DNA of 63,869 bases, counting the filler, from Acidimicrobiia bacterium (GTDB taxonomy: Bacteria > Actinomycetota > Acidimicrobiia > Spongiisociales > CAZKJJ01), in the NCBI GenBank assembly GCA_046759765.1. It is 5 parts of 5 records of this genome, joined end to end, with 100 filler letters (N's around TTAATTAATTAA, not from the genome) between each part and the next. Parts side by side here need not be neighbours in the genome. Positions count along the whole stretch, not along the records: positions 1 to 13,232 come from JBHICV010000058.1; positions 13,333 to 26,458 come from JBHICV010000059.1; 3 more parts are not named here. One strand, 5' to 3'. The notes beneath the pieces were generated by a model that searched no databases, was not told where the DNA came from, and saw only the letters and a list, made by a program, of their open reading frames with translations. Shown here piece after piece: positions 9,772 through 19,642 of the stretch. The position numbers were made by a program, and so were the translations under genes. Position 1 is the first letter of the stretch. The number at the start of each line of letters is the position of its first letter.

Positions 9772-10623
9772 GTGGAACAGGTGACCGACAACGTTTACAC
9801 GAACACCAAGCTGCGGGGCTGCAACCCGAGCTACGTCACGACCGCGGACGGCGTGGTCGTGATCGACACCCCGCAGCTCCCGACCAAGGCCGTCGAGATG
9901 CGAGCCGAGGCTGAGCAGCGCGCCCCTATCCGCTACCTGATCAACACCGAGCACCACGTCGACCACATCTTCGGCAACTATTTCTTCAGGGGTGCCGGCA
10001 CGGTCGTTTCCCACCAGGGCGTCTACGACAACTTCATGGTGCCCACCCCTGAGCTCAACCCCTACGCCTATGCGAAAGAAGCCATCCCCACCGACGACCC
10101 CGACGGCGAGGCGATCTTCCCCGACGAGGAGACCTACTTCAAAGATCCCAACAAGGCCTCGATCGTCTTCACCGGCGACCTCCGGCTCGAAGTCGGCGAC
10201 CACATCTTCGAGCTGCTCCACACGCCCGGGCACACGCCGGGACAGCTAGCGGTCTACGTTCCCTCCGAGAGGGTCGTGTTCACGGGCGACACGATCTTCT
10301 CCGAGTGCCAGACATGGCTTATGACCTCGGATGTCGATCAGTGGCTCGAGGCGCTCGAGCGTATCCGGACCCTCGACATCTCCTACATCGTGCCCGGACA
10401 CGGCCCGGTGACCGATAAGGCCTATCTAAATACCCAGCGGACGAACCTGATGGAGTGGGAGGCGGCCGTCGCAGCCGCGATTGCAAAAGGCTGGACCCGC
10501 GAAGAGACCATTGAGCGCGTCCACTTTCGCGATCGCTACCCGGTCGACATCGGCCAGGCCTACATGATGGACCACATCCAGACGAACAACGCCGCCGCGC
10601 TGTACGACAAGCTGTCCGTGTAG
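9772..10623 (+). CDS. MBL-fold metallo-hydrolase
   Basis: NTEHHVDHIFGN, PGHTPG, FTGD, VPGHG. Confidence 0.9.
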   Translation: MEQVTDNVYTNTKLRGCNPSYVTTADGVVVIDTPQLPTKAVEMRAEAEQRAPIRYLINTEHHVDHIFGNYFFRGAGTVVSHQGVYDNFMVPTPELNPYAYAKEAIPTDDPDGEAIFPDEETYFKDPNKASIVFTGDLRLEVGDHIFELLHTPGHTPGQLAVYVPSERVVFTGDTIFSECQTWLMTSDVDQWLEALERIRTLDISYIVPGHGPVTDKAYLNTQRTNLMEWEAAVAAAIAKGWTREETIERVHFRDRYPVDIGQAYMMDHIQTNNAAALYDKLSV

Positions 10624-10632
10624 CGGAGAGCT

Positions 10633-11802
10633 TCAACCCGATATACGACCCGACACATAGCGCATCAGCCCGCCCGCCACTGCCAGCGCCAGCGCCATCG
10701 AACCCCAGGCGACCTCGAAGGAAATCCCCTCCGCCAGCAGGCCGAACAGGGGTGGTCCGACGGCGGCGCCCACGAACCGGCCGGTTTGCGTGATGGCGGT
10801 GGACGCCGCCGGCGCCAAGGGGTTCGCGCGCACGACTGCGAACGTGAACAGACCGGCCCATCCCAAGCCGAACGCGAAGGCGACAAGGGAGCCAACGACC
10901 ACCAGGGGCGGTACCCCGATCCCGACTACAACGAGCCCCACCGCCCCGAGGACGAGGAAACCGGCGACGGTGGGCAGTCCTCCCGCGGCTCGACGGTCGA
11001 TCTGCCAGCCCGCGACCAGCCGCATTGACATCCCGAGCAGGCTGCCCACGGCCAGCAGAATCCCCGCCGAGGCCTCGGAGAATCCAACGTCCACCGAGTA
11101 CAGGACGAGGAATGTGACAAAGGCGGTGCCGATCATGCCGAGCGCAGCCGCCACCGCGAGTAGGACGAGTAGCGACATGGGGGTCGTGAGGCGGCCGCTG
11201 GTCGCCGGCCCGTCCGTAGGCGCCTCGCTCAGCTCATACCGGGTCGGGTGAAGGGGGATCAACAGGACTGTTAGAACGGCCAGAGCCGCAGTGATCACAT
11301 ACACCCATCGCCAGCCCAGAGGCAGCGCTACTGCCGGCAGGGCGATCCCACTGAGCGCAAGGGCGGCCGGGACCGCGGCGTGCCTGAATCCGTAGGCGAG
11401 CCCTTGGCGACCCATGAGGGTGCAGCGAGCCAGCGCGAGGTTGGTGGCGGGCTGTCCGAGCGCCAAGGCAACCCCGCCGATCACTGAGATCAGAGCGAGC
11501 GTTAACACGGAGTCGGCCAGGAGGGCCGTGAATGCCAGAGTCAGGGCGGCCCCGGACATCGACAGCCGCATGCTCCGGGCCCAGCTGACGTTCTCGGCCA
11601 CCCGTCCCATCACCGGTGAGGCCAGTGCCGACACCGAAAAGAAGACTCCAACCACTATTCCCACCCCAACGATGGCTATATCGACATCGTCCGCCATCCG
11701 TACCGCCAATACACCCGGTAGGAATCCAGGGAGCAGCCCGACGCTGACCGTCAGCACGGAAACGGACACGACCCGCCATGGGAGCGCGGCGGCGCCGGTC
11801 AT
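10633..11802 (-). CDS. MFS transporter
   Basis: About 12 hydrophobic segments, SPVMGRVAENVS motif-A-like loop; start set at MTGAAAL. Confidence 0.8.
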   Translation of the reverse strand: MTGAAALPWRVVSVSVLTVSVGLLPGFLPGVLAVRMADDVDIAIVGVGIVVGVFFSVSALASPVMGRVAENVSWARSMRLSMSGAALTLAFTALLADSVLTLALISVIGGVALALGQPATNLALARCTLMGRQGLAYGFRHAAVPAALALSGIALPAVALPLGWRWVYVITAALAVLTVLLIPLHPTRYELSEAPTDGPATSGRLTTPMSLLVLLAVAAALGMIGTAFVTFLVLYSVDVGFSEASAGILLAVGSLLGMSMRLVAGWQIDRRAAGGLPTVAGFLVLGAVGLVVVGIGVPPLVVVGSLVAFAFGLGWAGLFTFAVVRANPLAPAASTAITQTGRFVGAAVGPPLFGLLAEGISFEVAWGSMALALAVAGGLMRYVSGRISG

Positions 11803-11819
11803 CGCCCCCGGGGTCGCCG

Positions 11820-12863
11820 TCACGGCTGGATGATGACCTTGAGCGCCCCGTCTCGCCGCTCGTTGAAAGTGGCCAGCGCCTCGGGGAAGTCGCTGAGCGG
11901 AAAGTGGTGGGTTATCAGCTCCGCGGCCCGAATCCGTCCGTCCACGACGAGAGGAATGACGTGGACCATCTCCCCTGCCGACGCCCGAACGCCGACGAGC
12001 TCGTACTCGTAGAGGACGAGGTTTTGTAGCGACAGCGTCACTTCGGCGACCGGGATCCCTACCGAAGCGATCCTGCCCCCTTTGCGAAGCACCTCCAGGC
12101 TCCACTGATAGGTCTGCGGGACGCCGGCGCACTCGAGGACTATGTCGGCACCGCGATCGTCGGTGGCTTTGCGGATCGTCGCGACGGGGTCGTCCTTGGT
12201 GTAGTCGACGACCTCACTTCCCATTTCCTTCGCCTTGGCGAGGCGGGATCCGCGTCCGACGACTATGACTCCGCCGGCCCCGCGGGCACGGGCGGCGTCG
12301 GCGGCCAGGAGCCCGACGGGACCGGGACCGAACACGACCACGGTGTCCCCCGGCCGGTTCCCGCCCCGGTTGGCGGTGTGCAGGGCAATCGATGCCGGGT
12401 CGAGCACCGCCCCTACGTCGAACGAGAGATCATCAGGCAGGGGAAATACGCTCTTGGCCCCGTGCACTACGTACTCGGCGAACGCACCTTGGGTGGTGTG
12501 GCCGTACTGGCGATGTAGGCCCGGCTTGCCGTAGTTCTCACAGAGGTTGTACCGGCCTTCGACACACTTCCGGCAATAGCCGCACGCATTGTGCGAGGTC
12601 CCGGCGACCCGATCTCCGATCTCCCAGCCGAGCAGCTCCGCACCGGGTCCCAGGGAGACGATCTCTCCCGCCCATTCGTGGCCCGGGATGAAGGGGAACG
12701 CAGGCGGCCAGAAACCCGGATAGTCGCCCGCCAACAGATGGGCGTCCGTTCCGCAGATCGTCACCGCTCTAACTCGGCACTTGACCTCGAAGGAGTCAGG
12801 TTCCGGATCAGCGACTTCGGTGACCGAGAAATCGTTCGGTTCGGTAACCACGAGGGCCTTCAT
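11820..12863 (-). CDS. Zn-dependent alcohol/polyol dehydrogenase (MDR family)
   Basis: ICGTD, GHEW, CGYCRKCVEGRYNLC, GPGPVG. Confidence 0.93.
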   Translation of the reverse strand: MKALVVTEPNDFSVTEVADPEPDSFEVKCRVRAVTICGTDAHLLAGDYPGFWPPAFPFIPGHEWAGEIVSLGPGAELLGWEIGDRVAGTSHNACGYCRKCVEGRYNLCENYGKPGLHRQYGHTTQGAFAEYVVHGAKSVFPLPDDLSFDVGAVLDPASIALHTANRGGNRPGDTVVVFGPGPVGLLAADAARARGAGGVIVVGRGSRLAKAKEMGSEVVDYTKDDPVATIRKATDDRGADIVLECAGVPQTYQWSLEVLRKGGRIASVGIPVAEVTLSLQNLVLYEYELVGVRASAGEMVHVIPLVVDGRIRAAELITHHFPLSDFPEALATFNERRDGALKVIIQP

Positions 12864-12879
12864 ATGCCTCTCCCCTGTC

Positions 12880-13232
12880 TCAAATCACTGCCAGCGGGTC
12901 CATCATCGACCCAGTCGCTCCGCGGATCTTGAGCGGTAGCGCGACGAAAAGAAACTCATACACCTTCTCGGCAGCGATCTCCTCCAGATAGGCGCTCTCG
13001 ATCAGATAGATCCCATTCTCGATCAAAAGGCGCGTGTGCACCGGCTGGGGGTTCGAGGGCTCCCCGCGATCTGGAGCCGGCTGCACCTCGTAGGTCTCTG
13101 TGTCCGTGCCCGTGATCACAACGCCTCGCTCGAGCAGCCACTCCGCCGCCGACAGATCCGGACCGGCGGTCTTGTACTTCGCCATCTCCTCCGCGTCGGG
13201 CCAGAACGCCAGGTACCCGGTCCGAATCAGCA
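12880..13232 (-). CDS. Cyclase/kynurenine formamidase family protein, 5' truncated at contig end
   Basis: GTDT...VHTRLLIENGIYLIE...FVALPLKIRGATGS. Confidence 0.85.
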
Positions 13233-13332
13233 NNNNNNNNNNNNNNNNNNNNNNNNNNNNNNNNNNNNNNNNNNNNTTAATTAATTAANNNNNNNNNNNN
13301 NNNNNNNNNNNNNNNNNNNNNNNNNNNNNNNN
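13233..13332. other. Artificial contig linker
   Basis: N44-TTAATTAATTAA-N44 (stops in all six frames). Confidence 0.99.
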
Positions 13333-13455
13333 GGCCTCGACCAGTTGCTTCGACAAGGTCTCGTCATTGGCGAATACCCCGGCCTGAAAGTTGCCGAGAG
13401 AAACGATGATCGCGCCGGTGAGCGTGGCAAGGTCGATCATCGCCTTCGGCTTTAT
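13333..13455 (-). other. Leucyl aminopeptidase (M17) fragment at contig end, probably chimeric
   Basis: [20 protein letters not shown]...AGVFAND matches the PepA IDxATLTGA motif. Confidence 0.6.
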
Positions 13456-13690
13456 CGCAGCGTTCAACACGCTCAATCTCGCCGAAGAGCTGGTCAACAC
13501 CCTGTTCATCGGGCTCGTAGCCACCATCGGCGTAACGCTGGCCGTTGCCTTCGGCGTCGGAGGCATCAAATCGGCCGAGGAGTGGTGGAAGAAGGTCCTT
13601 CCTGGCGCGATGAAGGACCGCGGCGCTGGCCGGCCTACAGATGTAGGCGGCAGCAGCCCACCGCCCGGCGGAGGAATGGACGACAGCTGA
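13436..13690 (+). CDS. C-terminal fragment of a TM-helix-repeat/MscS-associated (CmpX-like) membrane protein
   Basis: [36 protein letters not shown]; 5' part absent. Confidence 0.6.
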   Translation: MIAFGFIAAFNTLNLAEELVNTLFIGLVATIGVTLAVAFGVGGIKSAEEWWKKVLPGAMKDRGAGRPTDVGGSSPPPGGGMDDS

Positions 13691-13721
13691 CACAACTGGC
13701 TTAGGGCTCTGGCGCTCCGCG

Positions 13722-14627
13722 TCAGAGCCCAAGTGCCACGTCAACCACCATCGCCGCAAACAGCACCGTCAGGTAGAGGGTGGACACTCGGAAGACGGTC
13801 ATGGAGCGTGAAGGCCGGCGATAGAGCCGGTACGCCTCTAGGAGAAACCAGGCGCCGAGGAGAACCGCCGCGGTCAGGTAGATGATGCCCAAGTCGGCGA
13901 TAGGGGCTAGCAAGATCGTGAGCACCACGAGCACCCCTGTGTAGGCGAGGATGCTGCGGATGGCGCGTTGCTCCCCTACCACGCTGGGCAGCATGGGGAC
14001 CTCGGCCCGTGAGTAGTCGTCTCGATAGCGAAGGGCCAAGGCCCAAAAGTGCGGAGGCGTCCAGAAGAACACAATGGCAAACATGAGCCAGGCGGCCAGG
14101 GTCACCGAGCCGGTGACCGCCGCCCACCCCACGAGAACGGGTGCGGCACCGGCCGCCCCGCCGATCACGATGTTCTGGGTCGTCGACCGCTTGAGAGCCA
14201 ACGTATAGACGAATACGTAAAAGAGCAGGGCCGTCGCGGCGATAGCGGCCGCCAGGGCGTTCACGGTCAGCAAAAGCCACACGAAGCCTCCCACCCCTAA
14301 AGCCACTCCGAACGTGAGAGCTCTCCGAGGCTCGACCCGGTGTGTCGGGAGCGGCCGCCGCGAAGTGCGCTGCATGATGCTGTCAATGTCACGATCGAGG
14401 TAGCTGTTGATCGTGTTGGCACCGGCGGCGGAGAGGATGCCGCCGATCAGTGTCGCCAGCACCAGCCAGGTGCCGGGCCATCCGTTCGCCGCGACCACCA
14501 TCGCAGGAACGGTGGTGATCAACAGCAGCTCGATGATCCTTGGCTTCGTGAGCGCCACGTAGGCGCCAATGCGCCCTCGGAGGGCGGCTTCAGCCCCAGC
14601 GGCGGCGGGATCGGTGGCCTTGTTCAT
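13722..14627 (-). CDS. ctaB: Heme O synthase (protoheme IX farnesyltransferase)
   Basis: [44 protein letters not shown]. Confidence 0.96.
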   Translation of the reverse strand: MNKATDPAAAGAEAALRGRIGAYVALTKPRIIELLLITTVPAMVVAANGWPGTWLVLATLIGGILSAAGANTINSYLDRDIDSIMQRTSRRPLPTHRVEPRRALTFGVALGVGGFVWLLLTVNALAAAIAATALLFYVFVYTLALKRSTTQNIVIGGAAGAAPVLVGWAAVTGSVTLAAWLMFAIVFFWTPPHFWALALRYRDDYSRAEVPMLPSVVGEQRAIRSILAYTGVLVVLTILLAPIADLGIIYLTAAVLLGAWFLLEAYRLYRRPSRSMTVFRVSTLYLTVLFAAMVVDVALGL

Positions 14628-14661
14628 CGCGACCTGAAGGGTACTAAGGGGGGTGACGCCC

Positions 14662-14712
14662 GTTTCCTGTCAATCGGCGCGTCGGAAAGCGACGCGTACA
14701 TTGACGCGAAAC
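14662..14712. repeat. Structured intergenic palindromic repeat, copy 1
   Basis: GTTTCCTGTCAAT-CGG-CGCGTCG-GAAAG-CGACGCG-TAC-ATTGACGCGAAAC. Confidence 0.7.
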
Positions 14713-14743
14713 CTAAGGAAGCCGGGCCGGTACCCTCCGTCGA

Positions 14744-15550
14744 ATGCGCCGCTTGCTCTCACTAGTCGTTGTCCTAGCCGCCTGCTCCCCACAGGGCGAC
14801 CCCCCGCTGGCGATCGTGGCCAACAGCGACCTGGCCGTCGGTCCCCAGCGGATGCTTCTGGGGCTGAGAGCGGCTGCGGACGGGGCTCCGCTCGAAGAGC
14901 CCGAGCGCACCGTCACAGTCGAGCTGTTTGCGCCCAATGGTGAGCCCGTCGACACCGTCACCGCCGACTTTCTCTGGCTGGTCGAGGGCGTCCGGGGGGT
15001 CTACTCGACCTCCTACACGTTCCCGGAAGCCGGAATCTGGAACCTGCGTCTGATGCCCTCGGACCTGCCTGCCACCGAAATGACTCCCTTCAACGTATTT
15101 CCAGACGCACTAACGCCAGATGCCGGAGACCCGGCACCACTCTCCGAGACGCTTACGGCGGACGATGCGCCGCTCCAACTGCTCTCCAGTGATCCAAACC
15201 CTGATCCGGCCTTCTACGAGCTGTCAGTAGCAGAAGCGGTCTCCTCGGGCTCCCCTTCCGTTCTGGTGTTCGCCACGCCTGCCTTTTGCCAAACGGCAAC
15301 GTGCGGTCCGACTCTCGATTCCGTCAAGTCGGTGCGCGGGGAATACCCAGAAATTCACTTCGTGCACGTGGAGGTGTTCGATCTCTCCCGAACGCCGGAG
15401 CTGGTCCCGATTCCGGCTGTCATCGACGACTGGCGGCTGCCTTCCGAGCCGTGGGTATTCATCGTGGACGCCGCCGGCGTAGTGGCCGCTCGGTTCGAAG
15501 GTGTGGTGACGGCCTCCGAGATCCGGGCTGCTCTCGATCGGCTGCGATAA
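14744..15550 (+). CDS. Thioredoxin-like lipoprotein
   Basis: Lipobox LAAC; FATPAFCQTATCGP and WRLPSEPWVF motifs. Confidence 0.75.
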   Translation: MRRLLSLVVVLAACSPQGDPPLAIVANSDLAVGPQRMLLGLRAAADGAPLEEPERTVTVELFAPNGEPVDTVTADFLWLVEGVRGVYSTSYTFPEAGIWNLRLMPSDLPATEMTPFNVFPDALTPDAGDPAPLSETLTADDAPLQLLSSDPNPDPAFYELSVAEAVSSGSPSVLVFATPAFCQTATCGPTLDSVKSVRGEYPEIHFVHVEVFDLSRTPELVPIPAVIDDWRLPSEPWVFIVDAAGVVAARFEGVVTASEIRAALDRLR

Positions 15551-15620
15551 CCAAGCGGACCCGCTTACTGGCGCTACTGCCGGGCTTCGAAGTTTAAAGG
15601 CCCCTTCTTACAATGCGCGG

Positions 15621-16676
15621 GTGCTCAGGTGGCTCCGACCGAGGCGTGCGCGACTGGGAAGGTTCGCACCCCTGGCCTTGCTCCTTTTCGTCCTCGGTGC
15701 CTGCGCGGAGGATCTCCCGATGGACAGCCTCGATCCCGCCGGACCCATCGCCCGCCGCATTGACAGCCTCTTCTGGCTGACCTTCTGGGTGGCAGTGGCC
15801 ATCTTCTTCGTCGTCGAGGGAGCCATCCTCGTCGCCGCGATCTTCTTCCGCGATCGTCCCAAGCGGGAGGAGCCCAAGCAAACCCACGGCAACCCCAAAC
15901 TCGAGGTCGCCTGGACCGTTGTGCCGATTCTGATCCTCGCGGCCCTCGCAGTTCCCACCGTCAAGACAGTGTTCGATCTCACCGACACGTCCGGCTCCGA
16001 GATGACCATCGAGGTGATCGGACATCAGTGGTGGTTCGAGTATGTCTATCGCGCCGAAGGCATCACCACCGCCAACGTGTTGGTGATTCCGGAGGACACA
16101 CAGGTAGCGCTCGCCCTTACCTCCGACGACGTCATCCATAACTTCTGGGTTCCGCGGCTCAACGGCAAGCGTTATGCCGTGCCCGGTCAGGTCACCACTC
16201 TGCTGCTCCAGGCCGACGATCCCGGCGAATACTGGGGCCAGTGTGGAGAGTTCTGCGGGCTCAGCCACTCGCTGATGCGAGCCCGAGTCCAGGTACTCAC
16301 GGCGGCGGCATTCGATCAATGGGTGGCGGATCAGCAGCTACCTGCGGCCGAGCCGGCCGCCGACAGTTTGGCCGCGCATGGTCTGGAGCTATTCCAGACG
16401 GGGCTCTTCACAGCCGACGACGGCGTGTCCTATGCCTGCACGCAGTGCCACGTAATTGCGGGAGTCAACGACCAGACCGCGCAGGCAGCACCAAACCTCA
16501 CCCACTTTGCCAGCCGCAACGTCTTCGCAGGTGCCAGCCTCGACCGGACCGCCGAGAACGTGGCTCGCTGGCTGAGCAATCCACCGGCAATAAAGCCGGG
16601 ATCGTATATGCCTAACCTCAACCTCAGTCAGGAGGAAATCACCTCGCTCGTCGCTTACCTGGAGACGTTGAATTGA
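15621..16676 (+). CDS. coxB: Cytochrome c oxidase subunit II with fused cytochrome c (caa3 type)
   Basis: Lipobox LGAC, GHQWWFEY, DVIHNFWVP, CGEFCGLSHSLM (CuA), CTQCH...MP heme c. Confidence 0.96.
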   Translation: MLRWLRPRRARLGRFAPLALLLFVLGACAEDLPMDSLDPAGPIARRIDSLFWLTFWVAVAIFFVVEGAILVAAIFFRDRPKREEPKQTHGNPKLEVAWTVVPILILAALAVPTVKTVFDLTDTSGSEMTIEVIGHQWWFEYVYRAEGITTANVLVIPEDTQVALALTSDDVIHNFWVPRLNGKRYAVPGQVTTLLLQADDPGEYWGQCGEFCGLSHSLMRARVQVLTAAAFDQWVADQQLPAAEPAADSLAAHGLELFQTGLFTADDGVSYACTQCHVIAGVNDQTAQAAPNLTHFASRNVFAGASLDRTAENVARWLSNPPAIKPGSYMPNLNLSQEEITSLVAYLETLN

Positions 16677-18712
16677 CGACGACGGCAGCCAACCCCACGA
16701 TCTTCCGGAGACCACGGCCGAAGAAGGGCTTCTGGAGCTGGATCACGACCGTCGATCACAAGCGGATCGGCAAGCTCTACGGCTACACCGCCTTCGTCTT
16801 CTTCATACTGGGTGGGCTCGAGGCCCTGCTCATCCGAGTGCAGCTCTCCCAGGCCGAATCGACCGTCATCACCGCCGCTGAGTACAACGCGCTCTTCACC
16901 ATGCATGGGACGACGATGGTGTTCCTCGTCGTCATGCCGCTGTCAGCGGCCTTCTTCAACTTCCTCATCCCGCTGATGATCGGCGCGAGAGACGTGGCGT
17001 TCCCGCGGCTGAACGCGCTGAGCTACTGGATCTTCCTGGCCGGTGGCATCTTCCTGTACAGCTCGTTCTTCCTCGCGTCCGCCATCGGTCCCATCGGCGG
17101 CAATCTGGCCGAGCCGACCTCGACGCTCGGCACGGCTCCCAGCGGCGGCTGGTTCGGATACGCCAATCAAACCAGCGCCACCTACTCGTCCGGCACGGTC
17201 ATCGACTACTGGGCGCTCGGGCTGCAGATCCTCGGGCTTGCCTCCCTGATCGCCTCGGTCAACTTCATCACGACCATCTTCAATCTCCGGGCCAAAGGCA
17301 TGCGGCTGCTGAGGATGCCGGTCTTCGTGTGGATGTCGCTGGTCGTCAACTTCTTGCTTCTCTTCGCCTTGCCGATCATTGCGGTCGCCCTCTTCATGCT
17401 CATTTTCGATCGCCAGTTCGGAACTCTCTTCTTCGACCCGACTGCCGGGGGCGAACCCATCCTTTGGCAGCATCTCTTCTGGCTGTTCGGACACCCCGAG
17501 GTCTACATCCTGATCCTGCCGGCCATGGGCATTGTGTCCGAAGTCCTGCCGGTGTACTCCCGGAAGCCGCTCTTCGGATACGCGGCGGTGGTCTTCGCGG
17601 GAGTGGCTATCGCCTTCCTCGGCTTCGGTGTTTGGTCGCACCACATGTTCGCCTCGGCGATACCCCCAGTCGCGCAGGCCGCGTTCGGTATCTCGACCAT
17701 GGCCATCGCAGTGCCGACGGGGATAAAGATCTTCAACTGGCTCGCAACGATGTGGGGAGGCCGTATCAGATTCAAGACCCCGATGCTGTTCGCAGTGGGC
17801 TTTGTCGCCATGTTCGTGATCGGGGGCCTATCGGGAGTCACCCACGCGATCGTCCCCGCAGACTGGCAGCAGACCGACACCTACTACATCGTTGCCCACT
17901 TCCACTACGTGCTCTTCGGAGGGTCGATATTCGGGCTCTTCGCCGGGCTCTACTACTGGTTCCCGAAGATGTGGGGCCGGAACTACTCGGAGCGACTTGG
18001 TAAGGCGCATTTCTGGCTGATGTTCATCGGGTTCAACGTCACGTTCGCACCCATGCACTGGCTGGGCCTCCAAGGAATGGTGCGCAGGACGTGGACCTAT
18101 TCGGCGGACCTCGGGCTGGGGTTCTGGAATGCGATCGCCACGGTCGGGGCGTTTCTCATCGCACTCTCCGTGCTCATCTTCATGTACAACTGGGTGGTAT
18201 CGAAGCGGCGAGGACCGGCTACCTCGGCCGATCCCTGGGACGCCAGAACGCTCGAGTGGTCGATTCCGTCGCCGCCACCAGAGTTCAACTTCGCCCGAAT
18301 TCCCGTAGTTCATTCACTCGACGCCTTCTGGCACCAGAAGTACGACGAAGACGAGGAGGGCAGACCCGTTCGCAGACCCGATGCCGACGCGCTAATTGCT
18401 CGCCTCGAGGAAGAAGGACGCAACCCGCCTGAACCCATCCACCTGCCCGCGCCCTCGGTGTTCCCCATCATGACGGCAATCGGAGTCCCGCTCGTCTTCT
18501 ACGGGATCATCTATCACGAACAGGGATGGGGGAAGCTCCTCATCGTCCTCGGTGCCCTCCTCATGCTCGGATCGCTGCTCGCCTGGTCCATGGAGCCCCT
18601 GGAAGAGCCCGAAGAGGAGCACCTCGAAACCCACGAAGCCGAACCTGAGCAGCACGACGAGAAGGCCTCCGAGCTGGTGGAGGCCACCGACGACTCACGA
18701 GAGGAGACGTAG
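16673..18712 (+). CDS. ctaD: Cytochrome c oxidase subunit I (A1 type)
   Basis: TVDHKRIG, FTMHG, WLFGHPEVY, WSHHM, VAHFHY. Confidence 0.97.
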   Translation: MTTTAANPTIFRRPRPKKGFWSWITTVDHKRIGKLYGYTAFVFFILGGLEALLIRVQLSQAESTVITAAEYNALFTMHGTTMVFLVVMPLSAAFFNFLIPLMIGARDVAFPRLNALSYWIFLAGGIFLYSSFFLASAIGPIGGNLAEPTSTLGTAPSGGWFGYANQTSATYSSGTVIDYWALGLQILGLASLIASVNFITTIFNLRAKGMRLLRMPVFVWMSLVVNFLLLFALPIIAVALFMLIFDRQFGTLFFDPTAGGEPILWQHLFWLFGHPEVYILILPAMGIVSEVLPVYSRKPLFGYAAVVFAGVAIAFLGFGVWSHHMFASAIPPVAQAAFGISTMAIAVPTGIKIFNWLATMWGGRIRFKTPMLFAVGFVAMFVIGGLSGVTHAIVPADWQQTDTYYIVAHFHYVLFGGSIFGLFAGLYYWFPKMWGRNYSERLGKAHFWLMFIGFNVTFAPMHWLGLQGMVRRTWTYSADLGLGFWNAIATVGAFLIALSVLIFMYNWVVSKRRGPATSADPWDARTLEWSIPSPPPEFNFARIPVVHSLDAFWHQKYDEDEEGRPVRRPDADALIARLEEEGRNPPEPIHLPAPSVFPIMTAIGVPLVFYGIIYHEQGWGKLLIVLGALLMLGSLLAWSMEPLEEPEEEHLETHEAEPEQHDEKASELVEATDDSREET

Positions 18713-19308
18713 TGACCGAACTCGTCTCCCATCTCGACGAACACGAGAGCACGGGGATTGACAACCGGAAGTTCGCCATGTGGGCGTTTCTCTCCTCTGA
18801 GTTCCTGCTGTTCGGAGCCCTGATCACCAACTACCTGCTCTTCAAGGGAATCGAGTTCGAAGCCAGGCCTATACCCAGCGAGCTGTACGACATTCCCTTC
18901 ACCTCGGTCAGCTCGTTCGTTCTGCTGATGAGCTCACTGACGATGGTGCTTGCCCACGACTCGTTGGAGCGCAGCGACCAGGCCGGCGCTCGCACGTGGC
19001 TCCTCGCTACCGCCGGCTTGGGGATGGTGTTCATCTCCGGCCAGGTCTTCGAGTTCACCGAGTTCGTTCAGCAGGGCATGAAGATGACCACCAACCCGGC
19101 GGCCTCCAGCTTCTACCTACTCACAGGCTTTCACGGAACGCATGTCCTGATCGGGATCATCATGCTGCTGTCGCTCTTCTTCATCTCCCGTCGACAGGGT
19201 GGTCTCTCCACCGAGCGAGGCATGAACGTGGAACTCGTTGGTCTCTACTGGCACTTTGTCGACATCGTCTGGATCGTGATCTTCACCGTCGTCTACCTGA
19301 TCCCCTAG
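18712..19308 (+). CDS. ctaE: Cytochrome c oxidase subunit III
   Basis: WAFLSSE, TGFHGTHV, LYWHFVDIVW. Confidence 0.95.
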   Translation: MTELVSHLDEHESTGIDNRKFAMWAFLSSEFLLFGALITNYLLFKGIEFEARPIPSELYDIPFTSVSSFVLLMSSLTMVLAHDSLERSDQAGARTWLLATAGLGMVFISGQVFEFTEFVQQGMKMTTNPAASSFYLLTGFHGTHVLIGIIMLLSLFFISRRQGGLSTERGMNVELVGLYWHFVDIVWIVIFTVVYLIP

Positions 19309-19316
19309 GAGAACAC

Positions 19317-19640
19317 GTGGAAGCTCCCGCCGAGACCCAACCGCCGGCACCGCCCCATCCGACCCCGGCGCTCTACGTCAAGATCTTCGTCGCCCTGTTC
19401 ATCATCACGGCGATCGAAGTCGCCCTCTCCTATTCCTTCGACCTATTCGGTGAGTTCACGACCCTGATGCTGCTCGTCGCCTCGGCGCTGAAGTTTGCCC
19501 TTGTTGTCGGCTTCTACATGCACCTGCGGTACGAGAACCGCCTCCTTTCGCGTTTCTTTGCCGGCGGGTTCGTGCTGGCGATCTCCGTGTATGCCGTAGC
19601 GTTGGCGGCGCTCGGAGCGGCGATTTTCTTCTTCACCTAG
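19317..19640 (+). CDS. Cytochrome c oxidase subunit IV (caa3)
   Basis: YVKIFVALFIITAIEV...KFALVVGFYMHLRYE; SD AGGAG before GTG. Confidence 0.85.
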   Translation: MEAPAETQPPAPPHPTPALYVKIFVALFIITAIEVALSYSFDLFGEFTTLMLLVASALKFALVVGFYMHLRYENRLLSRFFAGGFVLAISVYAVALAALGAAIFFFT

Positions 19641-19642
19641 CC

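Noticed and set aside
18300..18712. C-terminal two-helix extension on CtaD with a short CtaE
   Set aside because: Known architecture of caa3/aa3 oxidases (as in Bacillus), where subunit I carries the first helices of subunit III.
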